64,000 bases of DNA from Solirubrobacteraceae bacterium (GCA_035531655.1 DATKSM010000047.1:20616-84615); one strand, 5' to 3'. Positions 47,632 to 58,892 are shown, counted from the first letter of the stretch. The notes: generated by a model not told the origin, from the sequence alone. A program made the numbers and translations.

Positions 47632-48375
47632 ATGGCATCCCAGGCATCAGCGTCGGTCCCGCCCGCGCCGCCGCACGCGACCGACGCCGAGGAGGAGTAT
47701 CTCCAGACGCTCTTCTGGCTGTTCGAAGCGGGACTGCCGATGACGGCGGCGAACCTCTCCCGGGCGATGCGCCTGTCGGCGCCGACGGTGTCGGAGATGG
47801 TCGGCAGACTCGAGCGCGACGGCTACATCAACCGCGATTCCGACCGCTCGATCAGCTTCACCGAGTCTGGTCGCGCCGACGCCGAGCGGATCGTCAGTCG
47901 TCACCGCATGATCGAGCGCTTCCTGACAGATGAGGTCGGCGTGCCGTGGGACGAGGTGCATGAGGAGGCCGAGCACCTCGAGCACGCGATGACACCCCGC
48001 TTCGAGGCGTACGTCCGCAGCAGCGTCGGCGATGCGCTCACCTGTCCGCACGGTCATCCGATCCGTGTCGGGGAGCGCGTCGACGGCGTGCCGCTCGCCG
48101 ACTGCGCGATCGGCGCCCAGGTCACGGTCCTGCGGCTCGAGAACGAGGCCGAGGACATCCTCCACTACCTCAAGCGCAGCGGGATCGCGCCCGGCCTCAG
48201 CGGCGAGATCACCGCCAAGGACGACACGGAGATCACCGTCACGGGCCCCGGCGGTCCCGCGACCGTGACGATCAGCGTGGCCGAGACGGTCTCGGTCACG
48301 GCCGACCCGTCACCGCCGCAGCGAATCGCCCTGCCGGAGCAGCTGGTGCTCGGCCAGGGTCGCTACGGCCGCTAG
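47632..48375 (+). CDS. DtxR/MntR-family metal-dependent regulator with FeoA domain
   Basis: EEYL, SAPTVSEMVGRL, RHRMIERFL, EAEHLEH, CPHGHPI. Confidence 0.92.
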   Translation: MASQASASVPPAPPHATDAEEEYLQTLFWLFEAGLPMTAANLSRAMRLSAPTVSEMVGRLERDGYINRDSDRSISFTESGRADAERIVSRHRMIERFLTDEVGVPWDEVHEEAEHLEHAMTPRFEAYVRSSVGDALTCPHGHPIRVGERVDGVPLADCAIGAQVTVLRLENEAEDILHYLKRSGIAPGLSGEITAKDDTEITVTGPGGPATVTISVAETVSVTADPSPPQRIALPEQLVLGQGRYGR

Positions 48376-48386
48376 CGACTGACGAC

Positions 48387-49328
48387 CTACTCCTCCTCAG
48401 CGCCGCTCCAGCTCCGGACAGCGGCGGACCTGTCGCTGGCGAGCCGCATGGAGTTGATCTGCTCGCCAATCACGCCCGTGATCGTTATCTGTACGCCCAC
48501 GATCACAAGCACTCCCGCTAGGAACAGCAGGGGGTGACCGCCGATCGCGTGGTGCCCGACAAACTTGTAGATCGCCAGGTACACGCCGAGCAGGCCACCC
48601 GCCAGGGCAAGCAGCAGTCCCGTGTAACCGAAGAAGTGGAGCGGGCTCTCGCGGAAGCGAGTCACGAACAGGACGGTCACGAAATCGAACCCGCCGCGGA
48701 CGAAACGGGACGCGCCGATCTTCGATCGACCGTAACGTCTGGCGCGATGTTGCACGCGTACCTCGGTCGCGCGGAAGCCGGTCGACTCCAGCAGCGGGAC
48801 GACGAAGCGAAAGAGGCCGCCATACAGGTTGAGAGACCTGATCGCCTCTGCCCGGAATGCCTTCAACCCGCACCCATGATCGTGCAGCTTCGCGATCGTC
48901 ATGCGGTTCACCATCGAGTTGAAGAACTTCGAGCTCTGACGCTTTACGAACGGGTCTTGGCGATCCTGCTTCCAGCCGGAGACGACGTCGTACCCGGCGT
49001 CGATCTGTTCCAACAGCTTCGGTATCTCCGCTGGAACGTCCTGTAGATCCGCGTCGATGGTGACGATCACGTCGCCTCTGGCGACGTTCACTCCGGCCAT
49101 GATCGCGGGGGTACGGCCGAAGTTCCGCCGCAGCTCCAGGACGCGTACACATGTCGTCGAGTCAGCCGCCCACGGAGCGAGTACCTGCTGGGTATCGTCG
49201 GTGCTGCCGTCGTCGACGACGATGACCTCGAAGTCCTCGAACGTTGGTGCGAGTGCCTCTCTGATCTCGTCAAGCAGCTGCGGGAGGCTCTCGCCCTCGT
49301 TGTACGACGGCACGATCACGGAAATCAT
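48387..49328 (-). CDS. GT2 polyprenol-phosphate glycosyltransferase (ArnC/GtrB-like)
   Basis: VPSYNE, DDGSTD, RRNFG, DADLQD, two C-terminal TM. Confidence 0.92.
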   Translation of the reverse strand: MISVIVPSYNEGESLPQLLDEIREALAPTFEDFEVIVVDDGSTDDTQQVLAPWAADSTTCVRVLELRRNFGRTPAIMAGVNVARGDVIVTIDADLQDVPAEIPKLLEQIDAGYDVVSGWKQDRQDPFVKRQSSKFFNSMVNRMTIAKLHDHGCGLKAFRAEAIRSLNLYGGLFRFVVPLLESTGFRATEVRVQHRARRYGRSKIGASRFVRGGFDFVTVLFVTRFRESPLHFFGYTGLLLALAGGLLGVYLAIYKFVGHHAIGGHPLLFLAGVLVIVGVQITITGVIGEQINSMRLASDRSAAVRSWSGAEEE

Positions 49329-50314
49329 CGCAAGGCCAGGCTTTCCCGGCTGTTGGTCGCGATCCACTCGAACTCACGCTCAAGGCCGGCTCGAAGCCCT
49401 ACGCAGGGCGCAAACCCGAGCACAGACCTGGCACGGCTCGTGTCGGCGGCGGTGTCGCGAACGTCGCCCCACTCGCTGGGCTGATAGGAGATCCGAAGGT
49501 TTCCCCCGGATAGTTCTTGGACCACCTCGATCGCTTCCCGAAGCGACGCGGGAGACCCACCGCCCAGATTGAACAGGCGATCAGCCGCCAGCGGCGCGGA
49601 CGCGGCGGCCCGCGTCGCCGCCACGATGTCACTGACGTACGAGAAGTCGCGCGTCTGGGCCCCATCTCCGAAGACCGTGAATTCAGTTCCTCTGAGCGCC
49701 GCGGAGCAGAGTCTGTTGAACGCCATGTCCGGCCGCTGCCGCGGACCGTAGACGGTGAAATACCGGAGGCCGACGACGTCCAAGCCAAAGGTGTCGTGGT
49801 AGACCCGGCAGAGAGACTCCATGGCCGCCTTGGTCTGGCCATACGGCGAGCGCGGGCGCAGCACGGCGTCCTCGGGCGTAGGTCTGATATCGGCGTCGCC
49901 GTAGACCGAGGAGGAAGACGCGTAGACGAACCGCGCACCGGGCGCCCGTGTACGAACCGCCTCGAGCAGTTGCTGCGTGGCCACAAGGTTGTTGCGGACA
50001 TATTGCTCGTAGCGGTCGCCCCAGCTGCTCCGCACGCCGGGCTCCGCGGCCAGGTGATAAACGACATCCGAATCCTGGACCAGGGCTCCGAGGTCGGTCG
50101 TCGACAGGTCGCCCCGCACAAAGCCGAAGGAATCCCAGTCGGTCAGCGCGCGGGCGTTGCGGACCTTCTGCGCGCGACCGTAGTTGTCCGTGAAGCAGTC
50201 GATCCCCGAAACTGCGACCCCGTCAGCCAGCAGCGCCTCAGCCAGGTGTGAGCCGATGAACCCCGCGACGCCTGTGATCAGCGCACGGTGCGTATGACCG
50301 AGCGGCTGCCCCAT
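49325..50314 (-). CDS. NAD-dependent nucleotide-sugar epimerase (UDP-glucuronate 4-epimerase-like)
   Basis: TGVAGFIG, HLAAEPGVR, ASSSSVYG, YGQTK, YFTVYGPRQRPDMA. Confidence 0.9.
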   Translation of the reverse strand: MGQPLGHTHRALITGVAGFIGSHLAEALLADGVAVSGIDCFTDNYGRAQKVRNARALTDWDSFGFVRGDLSTTDLGALVQDSDVVYHLAAEPGVRSSWGDRYEQYVRNNLVATQQLLEAVRTRAPGARFVYASSSSVYGDADIRPTPEDAVLRPRSPYGQTKAAMESLCRVYHDTFGLDVVGLRYFTVYGPRQRPDMAFNRLCSAALRGTEFTVFGDGAQTRDFSYVSDIVAATRAAASAPLAADRLFNLGGGSPASLREAIEVVQELSGGNLRISYQPSEWGDVRDTAADTSRARSVLGFAPCVGLRAGLEREFEWIATNSRESLALR

Positions 50315-50408
50315 GGCATCGAGTGAACCACACTCCACTACGAAGCCGGACCTGGTCATGCGGCGCGCGACCACTCGCGCCCGCAATGACCATTGGTCGC
50401 CCGCAGGA

Positions 50409-51536
50409 TCAGGCGACGTCGGCGGTCGCCGAGGTGACCGCGCGGTAGGCGTCGGCCAGGCGCGACACGCCCTCCTCGATCTCCGCGGGGGTCACACCAG
50501 AGTAGGCGAGACGGAGCGAGGACTCGTAACCCTCGAGCACGAAGTCGCTGCCCTTGACGAACTGGACCCCGCGCTCGGCGGCGGCGGTGAACAGCGCGCC
50601 AACATCCGTGCCTCGCGGCAGCTCGACCCACATGAAGTAGCCGCCCTCCGGCGCGAGGAACCGAGCCTCGGGCAGCTCACGCCGCAGCGCCGCTGAAAGC
50701 GCATCGACGCGCTCGTGCAGAGCGGCCTTGACCGTCTCGATCGACCTGTCGAGCGCTCCCGAGCGGGCGAACTGATTCACGATTCCCTGAGCGACCATAT
50801 TCGGCGAGATATAGGCGCTGGTCGCGAGCTTCTCGATCCGGGCGATCACGGGGCGAGGTCCAACCAGATAGCCGACCCGTATGCCGGGCGCGACGGTTTT
50901 GGAGAACGACGACGCGTAGACGACGTTCTCCGGATCGATCGAGACCATCGTCGGGAGCCGCTCACCGCTGAATCGCAACTCCACGTAGGGGTCGTCCTCA
51001 AACACGACGAAGCCGTGCTCGCGGCTGAGCTCGAGCAGGCGCTCGCGCTTGGCGAGTGAGAGCGTGTGCCCAGCGGGATTCTGGAAGTTGGGGATGATGT
51101 GGGCGAGCTTCGGCCGCGCCCCTGCGAGCAGCACACGCTCGAGCGCCGCCACGTCAATGCCGTCAGACTCGAGCTCGATCATCCGTATGTCGGCGCCGCG
51201 GTTACGCAGTGACAGCAGGGTGCGGTCGTACGTCGGCTGCTCGACGATCACGGTGTCACCCTCGCTGAGGAGTGAGTCGAACAGGAACGCGTCGGCCTGC
51301 ATGGAGCCGTTTGTGACGATCACGTTCTCCGGCGCGACCCCGTGCTTGTCGGCAATCCACTCGCGCAGCGGTAGGTAGCCGACTGAGGTGCCATAGGCGG
51401 TGAGGCCGCCGGGGTCGGCCGTGAAGGCAGCGTGCGCGGCTGCTTTCAGTCCCTCGACGTCGACGATGTCGAGCGACGGTGCCCCGCGCGCGAACGAGAT
51501 CGCCTTGGCGGAGGTCGTGGCGCTGGCCGGGGTCAT
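50409..51536 (-). CDS. PLP-dependent aminotransferase class I (LysN-like)
   Basis: [31 protein letters not shown]. Confidence 0.9.
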   Translation of the reverse strand: MTPASATTSAKAISFARGAPSLDIVDVEGLKAAAHAAFTADPGGLTAYGTSVGYLPLREWIADKHGVAPENVIVTNGSMQADAFLFDSLLSEGDTVIVEQPTYDRTLLSLRNRGADIRMIELESDGIDVAALERVLLAGARPKLAHIIPNFQNPAGHTLSLAKRERLLELSREHGFVVFEDDPYVELRFSGERLPTMVSIDPENVVYASSFSKTVAPGIRVGYLVGPRPVIARIEKLATSAYISPNMVAQGIVNQFARSGALDRSIETVKAALHERVDALSAALRRELPEARFLAPEGGYFMWVELPRGTDVGALFTAAAERGVQFVKGSDFVLEGYESSLRLAYSGVTPAEIEEGVSRLADAYRAVTSATADVA

Positions 51537-52408
51537 GGCCTCAGCTTAGCCATCGCGATCTCGGCCACCTGTGTGGGTGTGCGGCCGACCTCGACACCCT
51601 TCGCCTCCAGCGCGGCAGCCTTCGCCGCGGCCCCGCCGGAGGAGCCGGAAACGATCGCGCCGGCATGCCCCATCTGCTTGCCGGGGGGTGCGGTGAAGCC
51701 GGCGATGTAACCGACGACAGGCTTGGTGACATGCTCGCCGATGAAGTCGGCCGCGCGCTCCTCGGCGTCGCCGCCGATCTCACCGCACATCACGATCAGC
51801 TCGGTCTGCGGGTCGTCCTGGAACAGCCCGAGCACGTCGATGAAGTCGGTGCCCGGCACGGGGTCGCCGCCGATCCCGACGATCGTCGAGTTGCCGAACC
51901 CCTGCTGCGCGAGCTCGTTGCCCACCTGGTAGGTGAGCGTGCCCGAGCGTGAGACCACGCCGACGTTGCCCTCCTTGAAGAACGCTGCGGGAATGATGCC
52001 GACGTTCGCCTTGCCGGGCGAGAGGATGCCCGGGCAGTTCGGCCCGATCAGGCGGGAGCGCCCATTCTTCTTGATTATCTGGAACGCGCGCAGCTCGTCA
52101 TGGGCGGGGATTCCCTCGGTGATCGCGATGATCAGCTCGATCCCGGCGTCCTCCGCCTCGAGGATCGAGTCGGCGGCGAACCGCGGCGGCACGAAGATCA
52201 TCGCCGTGTTAGCGCCCTGCTTGTCGACAGCCTCGTGGATCGTGTTGAAGACCGGGATGCCGTTGACGTTCTGACCGCCTTTGCCGGGGGTGACGCCGGC
52301 GACGACGCTGGTGCCGTAGTCACGGTTGCGCAGCGTGTGGAAAGTGCCCTCTGCGCCGGTGATGCCGGTCGTGACCAGGCGCGTGTGCTCGTCGACGAGG
52401 ATGCTCAT
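51533..52408 (-). CDS. sucD: Succinyl-CoA synthetase alpha subunit
   Basis: [28 protein letters not shown]. Confidence 0.98.
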   Translation of the reverse strand: MSILVDEHTRLVTTGITGAEGTFHTLRNRDYGTSVVAGVTPGKGGQNVNGIPVFNTIHEAVDKQGANTAMIFVPPRFAADSILEAEDAGIELIIAITEGIPAHDELRAFQIIKKNGRSRLIGPNCPGILSPGKANVGIIPAAFFKEGNVGVVSRSGTLTYQVGNELAQQGFGNSTIVGIGGDPVPGTDFIDVLGLFQDDPQTELIVMCGEIGGDAEERAADFIGEHVTKPVVGYIAGFTAPPGKQMGHAGAIVSGSSGGAAAKAAALEAKGVEVGRTPTQVAEIAMAKLRP

Positions 52409-53568
52409 CGCGGGGACGTCGGTTGGGCTGCGGCTGCGAGTTCGACGACCTTCTGGGCGGCGCCGTCCATCGTCGCCTCCGCATACACACCGGGCAGGTT
52501 GGCCTCAGCCAGCAGCGCACGACCCTCCTTGTCATTGGTGCCGTCGAGCCGTACCACAAACGGGACCTGTGGCTTGATCAGGTCGAACGCCTCGATCAAG
52601 CCGCGGGCGACCTCGTCACAGCGGGTGATACCGCCGAAGATGTTGAACAGCACGGCCGTCACCTTCGGATCCGAGAGGATCACCTCGACGGCGCTGACGA
52701 TCGCGTCCGACTTGGAACCGCCGCCCGCGTCGAGGAAGTTCGCGGGCTCCCCGCCGGCGCCCTTGACGACATCGAGCGTCGACATCACGAGCCCGGCGCC
52801 GTTGCCGAGGACGCCGATGTTGCCGTCGAGCTTGACGTAGGTGAGGCCGCGCTCGTGCGCCATCCGCTCCTGCGGATCCTCGGCGGAGAGGTCGCGCAGC
52901 TCCGCGTTGTCGGGGTGGCGGAACAATGAGTTGTTGTCGAGCGTGACCTTCGCGTCGAGCGCCTTGACCTGGCGCTCAGGCGTGACGATCAGCGGGTTGA
53001 CCTCGACCAGCGTCGCCTCCTCGGCGACGAACGCGTTGTACAGCTTCGTGAGCAGCGCACCGATCGGACGCACGACATCGGCGTCGACCCCGGCCTCGTA
53101 GGCGAGCCGGCGCCCATGAAAGTCCTGAAAGCCGAGCAGCGGGTCGACGTGCAGACGCGCAAGCGCATCGGGGTCCTCCGCCGCCACGGCCTCAATGTCC
53201 ATGCCGCCCCTGGTCGAGAGCAGCACCAGCGGCGCCTTGGCGCTGCGGTCGAAGACGACCGACGCGTAGTACTCCGACGCGATCTCCGAGGCGCCCTCGA
53301 TCCAGAGCTCATAGACCGTCAGCCCGCGGATGTCCATGCCGAGGATCGCGTCCGCATACTGGCGCGCCTCGTCCCTGTCGTTGGCGATCTTGATGCCGCC
53401 AAGCTTGCCGCGACCACCGATCTGTACCTGCGCCTTGACCGCGCACGGATAGCCGATTTCCTCCGCGGCCGCCACCGCCTCCTCCACTGTGCGCGCGGGC
53501 AAGCCCTGAGGCACCGGGACGCCATGACGGGCGAACAAAAGCTTTCCCTGATATTCGAGCAGGTCCAT
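52405..53568 (-). CDS. sucC: Succinyl-CoA synthetase beta subunit
   Basis: [30 protein letters not shown]. Confidence 0.98.
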   Translation of the reverse strand: MDLLEYQGKLLFARHGVPVPQGLPARTVEEAVAAAEEIGYPCAVKAQVQIGGRGKLGGIKIANDRDEARQYADAILGMDIRGLTVYELWIEGASEIASEYYASVVFDRSAKAPLVLLSTRGGMDIEAVAAEDPDALARLHVDPLLGFQDFHGRRLAYEAGVDADVVRPIGALLTKLYNAFVAEEATLVEVNPLIVTPERQVKALDAKVTLDNNSLFRHPDNAELRDLSAEDPQERMAHERGLTYVKLDGNIGVLGNGAGLVMSTLDVVKGAGGEPANFLDAGGGSKSDAIVSAVEVILSDPKVTAVLFNIFGGITRCDEVARGLIEAFDLIKPQVPFVVRLDGTNDKEGRALLAEANLPGVYAEATMDGAAQKVVELAAAAQPTSPR

Positions 53569-53636
53569 ACCCCGCAATCTACGGGAAAGCCGTGAGCACA
53601 GCCGCCACGCCTCAAAAATGGCATCATGGCCGCTCC

Positions 53637-54317
53637 ATGGCCATTCCCAAGCAGATCAATTTCGTCACCTTCGACGTTTACGGGACCCTGATCGACTGGG
53701 AGGCCGGCGCAGTCGACGCATTCACCCGCGAGGCTGAACGCGACGGCTTCACGCTCGATCCGGCCGAGATCATCCCGCTCTTCCACTCGGTCCAGCAGCA
53801 GATCCAGGCGGGCTCGTACGAGCTCTATGCCGAGGTGCTGCGCCGCACGGCCGTCCAGATCGCAAAGGATGTCGGCTGGCCCCTGGAGCCGTCGCGCTCG
53901 GGCTTCCTGCCCGATTCGGTGCAGCGCTGGCCGGCGTTCAAGGAGACCAACCCGGTGCTCCAGAAGCTCGCCAAGAAGCACAGTCTCGGGCTGATCTCCA
54001 ACATCGACGACAAGCTCCTGGGGCTGACGCGGCGACACATCCCGCTGGACTTCGACCTGGTCGTCACCGCCCAGCAGGTCCGCTCCTACAAACCGGATCC
54101 CGCGCACTTCACCGAGTGCGAGCGCCGGATCGGCGGCAAGAAGGGCTGGGTTCATGTCGCCGCGAGCTACTACCACGACATCGAGCCGTGCATCAAGAAG
54201 CGGATCCCGGTGATCTGGGTCAACCGCCACGGCGAAGTACTCGAGGCCAGTCAGAAGAAGCCCGACGCGGAAGTCAAGTCGCTGCGTGAAGCGGCGAAGC
54301 TGATCGACGTCTCCTGA
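53637..54317 (+). CDS. HAD-family hydrolase (2-haloacid dehalogenase type II-like)
   Basis: FDVYGTLIDW, SNID, YKP, HVAASYYHD. Confidence 0.9.
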   Translation: MAIPKQINFVTFDVYGTLIDWEAGAVDAFTREAERDGFTLDPAEIIPLFHSVQQQIQAGSYELYAEVLRRTAVQIAKDVGWPLEPSRSGFLPDSVQRWPAFKETNPVLQKLAKKHSLGLISNIDDKLLGLTRRHIPLDFDLVVTAQQVRSYKPDPAHFTECERRIGGKKGWVHVAASYYHDIEPCIKKRIPVIWVNRHGEVLEASQKKPDAEVKSLREAAKLIDVS

Positions 54318-54360
54318 CCCGCCCCGCATCCGCAGGCTGACCCAGCTCTACGCCGGACTG

Positions 54361-54951
54361 GTGCTGTACGGCGTCAGCGACGCGATGATGCTGCTCGGCG
54401 GGCTCGGCGTCGACCCTTGGGACGTGTTTCACCAGGGGCTCTCGCGCCGCATCGGGCTGGGCGTCGGGACCTGGGCGCTGATCGTCGGGGCCGCCGTGCT
54501 AATGCTGTGGCTGCCGCTGCGCCAGCGTCCCGGCCTCGGCACGGTCAGCAATGCGCTGGTCATCGGCCCCGTGATCGATCTGATGCTCGTGGTCTTCCCC
54601 GCCCCAGACGGGCTACTGCTGCGGTACATGCTCATGGTCGGCGGGGTTTTCCTCAACGGGGTCGCGACCGGCGCCTACATCGGCGCCGGACTGGGACCGG
54701 GGCCGCGTGACGGCCTGATGATCGGTTGGGCCGCCCGCGGTCATTCGATCCGGGTCGTTCGCACATGCATAGAGCTGACGGTGCTCGCCTGCGGATGGGC
54801 GCTCGGCGGCACCGTCGGCATCGGGACGGTCCTGTATGCCATCTCGATCGGGCCGGTGGCGCACGTCCTCGTCCCGCGCTTCACGATCGCGGGGCGCGAC
54901 CACGCGGCCGCGTCCGAAGCGGTCGCCGCGCCGACAGATCTAGAGCCTTGA
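54361..54951 (+). CDS. YczE/YitT-like membrane protein
   Basis: LGVDPWDVFHQG, PGLGT, GPGPRDGLM, GGTVGIGT; true start uncertain. Confidence 0.85.
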   Translation: MLYGVSDAMMLLGGLGVDPWDVFHQGLSRRIGLGVGTWALIVGAAVLMLWLPLRQRPGLGTVSNALVIGPVIDLMLVVFPAPDGLLLRYMLMVGGVFLNGVATGAYIGAGLGPGPRDGLMIGWAARGHSIRVVRTCIELTVLACGWALGGTVGIGTVLYAISIGPVAHVLVPRFTIAGRDHAAASEAVAAPTDLEP

Positions 54952-54956
54952 TGGCA

Positions 54957-55742
54957 CTAAAGCGACGCGAGGTTGCGCTCGTGAACGCGCTTCTGGGTGG
55001 CGGAGCGCCGCCCATCCGGAAGCATCACGTCCGCTCCTGCCGTGAGGCCGTTCAGATACGCGAGGTCCTCGGCGAGGATCTCGAGGGCGCGCTCGTTCGT
55101 GAGCGGAGCTCCGTGTCCGGGGACCACGGTCGCTGAGCGGTTCACAAGCGGCGAGAGACGGAAGAGCGTCTCCCGGTACGCCTCGAATGAGCCGCCGCTC
55201 TCCTGCGAGATCATCGGGATCTCCACCGGCGAGAGATAGTCGCCGCAGATCAGTGTCTCCGCCCACGGAACCCAGAAGGCGACGCCGTCGCCGGTGTGGC
55301 CCGCGACGGGGTGGACCTCGAGCTCGTTCACGGTCTTCGATCCAATCGAGATCCGCCCGGGCGTCGGGAGCGCCTGGATCTCCCCGAGGCCAAGCCGCCG
55401 ACGCCCCTCGACATACCAGTCGGCGTCGAACTCCCGCAGCCGCCGCTGCGGCTCACCGAGCTCAGTGCTCAACCGCTTCGCGGTGCTCTCCCCAACTCCA
55501 AGCGAACGCTCGGGGAAGGCGAGTTTGCCGAGTAGGTGGTCCCAGTCACCGTGCGTAGCGAGCAGGCCGCTGACCGGGAAGCCCGCCTGCTCGAACAGCG
55601 CCGGGAGCGCGTCGAGCTCGTCCGGCAAGATCGGCGAGTCGATCACGAAGCCTTCGTCACCCGAACGCACGGCCGTGCACGTCGTCTGCCAGACGCCGGA
55701 GACGACGACGATCACGTCTTCATGAACGGCGAGCGCGCGCAA
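54957..55742 (-). CDS. MBL-fold metallo-hydrolase
   Basis: THGDWDH, GHT, CGD, VPGHG. Confidence 0.88.
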   Translation of the reverse strand: MRALAVHEDVIVVVSGVWQTTCTAVRSGDEGFVIDSPILPDELDALPALFEQAGFPVSGLLATHGDWDHLLGKLAFPERSLGVGESTAKRLSTELGEPQRRLREFDADWYVEGRRRLGLGEIQALPTPGRISIGSKTVNELEVHPVAGHTGDGVAFWVPWAETLICGDYLSPVEIPMISQESGGSFEAYRETLFRLSPLVNRSATVVPGHGAPLTNERALEILAEDLAYLNGLTAGADVMLPDGRRSATQKRVHERNLASL

Positions 55743-57545
55743 TCACTCAGAGGAGATCACGGCGAGCGCGTCACCGGTGGACACAGCGGCACCCACGGCG
55801 ACCGACAGTTGCACGATCACGCCTGACTTGTGGGCGGTGATCTCGTTCTCCATCTTCATTGCCTCGATCACGCAGATCAGCGCGCCCTCCTGCACCGTCT
55901 GGCCCTGTTCGACCGCGACCTTGAAGACGGTGCCCTGCAGTGGTGAGGTCAGTGTGTCGCCGCTGTGCCCATTGGCACCGGGGGCCGCTCGGGCGGAGCG
56001 CCTGGGCGCCTGCCGAGGGGCGGCGCCGTCGGTGCCAGCACCTGTAGCCGCGCCACCGGACTGAGCCCCGCCCGCCCCGGTGGCGGCGGGACCTGAGACC
56101 TTGACCTCGAAGCGCTTGCCGGAAACCTCCACCGTGTACTCATGCTCGAGCTTCGGCGCCTCGCCCTCGGCCGGCTTCTCCGCTTTTCCGAACGCGAGCG
56201 TCTTGAGCCACGCACGATCCTCGATCAGGTCACGGCACGTCTCGGCACGGGCCCACTGCTCGGTCTGAAGGATCGCGGTATGGAACGGCAAGAGCGTCTT
56301 GAGCTCGCCGATCTCATACTCTGAAAGCGCCCGCACCATCCGGCGCGTCGCGGCCTCACGATCGGTGTCCCAGACGATCAGCTTCGCGATCATCGGGTCA
56401 TACATCGGGCTGACGTTAGAACCGGGGCCGACCCCGGAGTCGACGCGCACACCTGGCCCGGCCGGCTCGCGGTAGGCGCCGATCCGGCCCGGCGCGGGCG
56501 CGAAGTTCTTCGAGGCGTCCTCGGCGTTGATGCGGCACTCGATCGCATGACCGCGCAACACCACATCCTCCTGAAAGATCGACAACGGCTCCCCTGCCGC
56601 CACCCGGATGCCCTCCTTGACGATGTCGACCCCGGTCACCATCTCCGTCACGCAGTGCTCGACCTGCACGCGGGTGTTCATCTCCAAGAAGAAGTACTCG
56701 CCGTCCTGCAGAAGCCCCTCGATCGTCCCCGCCCCCGAATAGTTGACCGCCAGCGCGGCGTCTTTGCCGATCCGGCCGATCCGCTCCCGTAGCTCCGGGG
56801 AGACCGCCGGGGCCGGGGCCTCCTCGATCAGCTTCTGATGCCGGCGCTGCAAAGAGCAGTCCCGCTCCCCCAGATGGATCACGTGACCGTGCTTATCGGC
56901 CAGGATCTGCACCTCCACATGCCGCGGGTCCGGGAGATAACGCTCCAGATACACCGTCGGATCGGAGAAGAACTTCTCACCCTCTCGCGCCGCACCCTCA
57001 AACGCATCCTCGAGCTCCGCCTCGCTCAACGCGACCCGGAAGCCCTTACCGCCGCCGCCACCGGCAGCCTTGACCGCCACTGGGTAGCCGATCTGCTCAT
57101 CGATGATCGCCCGCGCGTCCTCCACGGTCGCGACCGGCGAGGTCGTGCCCGGCACGATCGGCACCCCCGCCCCGGCCATCAACTCACGCGCACGCGTCTT
57201 CGAACCCATCGCCTCGATCGCCGATGCGGAAGGGCCGATGAACGTGATCCCGCGCTCCTCCAGCATCGCCGCGAACCCGGCGTTCTCCGCGAGGAACCCA
57301 TAACCCGGATGCACCGCCTCCGCACCGGAGCGCTCAACAGCATCCAGCAGCCTCTCCACATTCAGGTAACTCTTCGCCGCAGGACCCGGCCCCAACAGGA
57401 ACGCCTCATCGGCCCGCCTGACATGCGCCGCGTCACGATCGAGCTCCGAATAGACCGCGACCGTCGAGACCCCCAGCTCCTCGCACGCGCGGATGATGCG
57501 CACCGCGATCTCGCCACGGTTCGCGATCAGGATCTTCGTGAACAT
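55743..57545 (-). CDS. Acyl-CoA carboxylase alpha subunit (biotin carboxylase + BCCP)
   Basis: LIANRGEIA, HPGYGFLAEN, GGGGKG, EMNTRVQVEH, biotin motif EAMKM. Confidence 0.96.
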   Translation of the reverse strand: MFTKILIANRGEIAVRIIRACEELGVSTVAVYSELDRDAAHVRRADEAFLLGPGPAAKSYLNVERLLDAVERSGAEAVHPGYGFLAENAGFAAMLEERGITFIGPSASAIEAMGSKTRARELMAGAGVPIVPGTTSPVATVEDARAIIDEQIGYPVAVKAAGGGGGKGFRVALSEAELEDAFEGAAREGEKFFSDPTVYLERYLPDPRHVEVQILADKHGHVIHLGERDCSLQRRHQKLIEEAPAPAVSPELRERIGRIGKDAALAVNYSGAGTIEGLLQDGEYFFLEMNTRVQVEHCVTEMVTGVDIVKEGIRVAAGEPLSIFQEDVVLRGHAIECRINAEDASKNFAPAPGRIGAYREPAGPGVRVDSGVGPGSNVSPMYDPMIAKLIVWDTDREAATRRMVRALSEYEIGELKTLLPFHTAILQTEQWARAETCRDLIEDRAWLKTLAFGKAEKPAEGEAPKLEHEYTVEVSGKRFEVKVSGPAATGAGGAQSGGAATGAGTDGAAPRQAPRRSARAAPGANGHSGDTLTSPLQGTVFKVAVEQGQTVQEGALICVIEAMKMENEITAHKSGVIVQLSVAVGAAVSTGDALAVISSE

Positions 57546-57620
57546 GCGGCGGGGGACTTTAGAACGTTCGTGCTGCGATATGCCGACGACTCCCCCCGCG
57601 CCCGTCCTAATATTCCCCGC

Positions 57621-58883
57621 GTGACCACGCTTCCGGAGGCGCATCCGGGCCAATCGCGCCGCTGGAACATGGAGGCGATCAAGGCCAGCCTGACCAGCGC
57701 GTCAAGGGTCCGCTACACGCTCTATCTCTACCTGGCGTCGCGCTTGCTGTTCCTGGCGATCGCGGCGATCGCGATCGCAGTGGTCCGGATCGGGGCGCCT
57801 CACACGGGGCTCGGCAGCGGCGCCGGGACGCTCGTGACGCATCCGTCGCTCGGCAGCGAGATGTCCAATTGGGACGGCTACTGGTACCTGCAGACCGCGG
57901 CCCACTGGTATGGCCACAGGATCTGGCCACACGCCGGACAGTACGAGACGCTCGGCTTCATGCCGCTGTATCCGATGCTGATATGGCTCGTCGCCCATGT
58001 CACCCAGATCGGCAACCTCGGCGCCGGTATCGCGATCTCGCTGATCAGCGGCTGCGTCGCGACCGTCCTGATCGGCCAGCTCGCCGAGGAATGGTGGGGT
58101 GAAGCCCGCGCCCGCCGGGCGATCCTGTTCTGGTGCTTCTTCCCCGGCACCGTCGTGTTCTCGATGGTCTACACCGAGGGTTTGCAGCTCTCACTCGTCG
58201 CCGGCGCGATGATCCTGCTGCGGCGCAAGCGCTGGTTGGGCGCGGGCCTGCTGTGCGCATTCACGACCGCCCTCGCCCCGGTCTCGCTGGCCGCGGTCCC
58301 GATGTGCGCCGTCGCCGCATGGCAGGAGATCCGCGCGCGCGGCTGGGACGACCGGGAGGCGCGCAGGGCCCTGATCGCACCGATCCTCGCGCCGATCGGT
58401 GCGATCGGCTTCGGTATCTTCCTGTGGTTCTGGACCGGGACGCCCTTTGCCGATTACAGGGCGCAACACAACGCGTGGTCGGAGTCGACCACCCCGCTCG
58501 CGATCCCGCGCGTGTTCGGCTCGCTGATCCACCAGATGTTCATTTCCGGCGTCGGCAGTCACGGCCCGGGCGGAATCGACCTCAACGGCATCCTCGGACT
58601 GCTCGGCACCGCGTTCCTGTTCTTCGGGCTGAAGCTGCTCTGGGAGCACCGGCGGCGCATGCCACTGACTGCCTGGGTGTGGACGATCTGCGTCTCCGTG
58701 CTGGCACTGACCTCAGCCAAGACACCGCCGAACCCACGGCTGCTGATCCTGGCCTTCCCGGTCGTGATGGCGGTCGGGGCGGTGCTGACCGAGCGCGGTT
58801 ACAGGCGAGCGCTCACATACGGCTTGGTCGCAACGCTCGTGATGACGCCGCTGACCTACGTCGGCATGTGGCTGCGCCCGTGA
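57621..58883 (+). CDS. GT-C glycosyltransferase (PIG-V/Gpi18-like)
   Basis: NWDGYWY, FMPLYP, YTE, PRL..AFP; TAATAT 7 nt before GTG. Confidence 0.8.
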   Translation: MTTLPEAHPGQSRRWNMEAIKASLTSASRVRYTLYLYLASRLLFLAIAAIAIAVVRIGAPHTGLGSGAGTLVTHPSLGSEMSNWDGYWYLQTAAHWYGHRIWPHAGQYETLGFMPLYPMLIWLVAHVTQIGNLGAGIAISLISGCVATVLIGQLAEEWWGEARARRAILFWCFFPGTVVFSMVYTEGLQLSLVAGAMILLRRKRWLGAGLLCAFTTALAPVSLAAVPMCAVAAWQEIRARGWDDREARRALIAPILAPIGAIGFGIFLWFWTGTPFADYRAQHNAWSESTTPLAIPRVFGSLIHQMFISGVGSHGPGGIDLNGILGLLGTAFLFFGLKLLWEHRRRMPLTAWVWTICVSVLALTSAKTPPNPRLLILAFPVVMAVGAVLTERGYRRALTYGLVATLVMTPLTYVGMWLRP

Positions 58884-58892
58884 GCGCCGAGC

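Noticed and set aside
56550-57430. G/T-rich codon patch in the carboxylase gene (similar near 5700-5986)
   Set aside because: The protein is intact and canonical; this cannot be separated from local compositional noise without computation.
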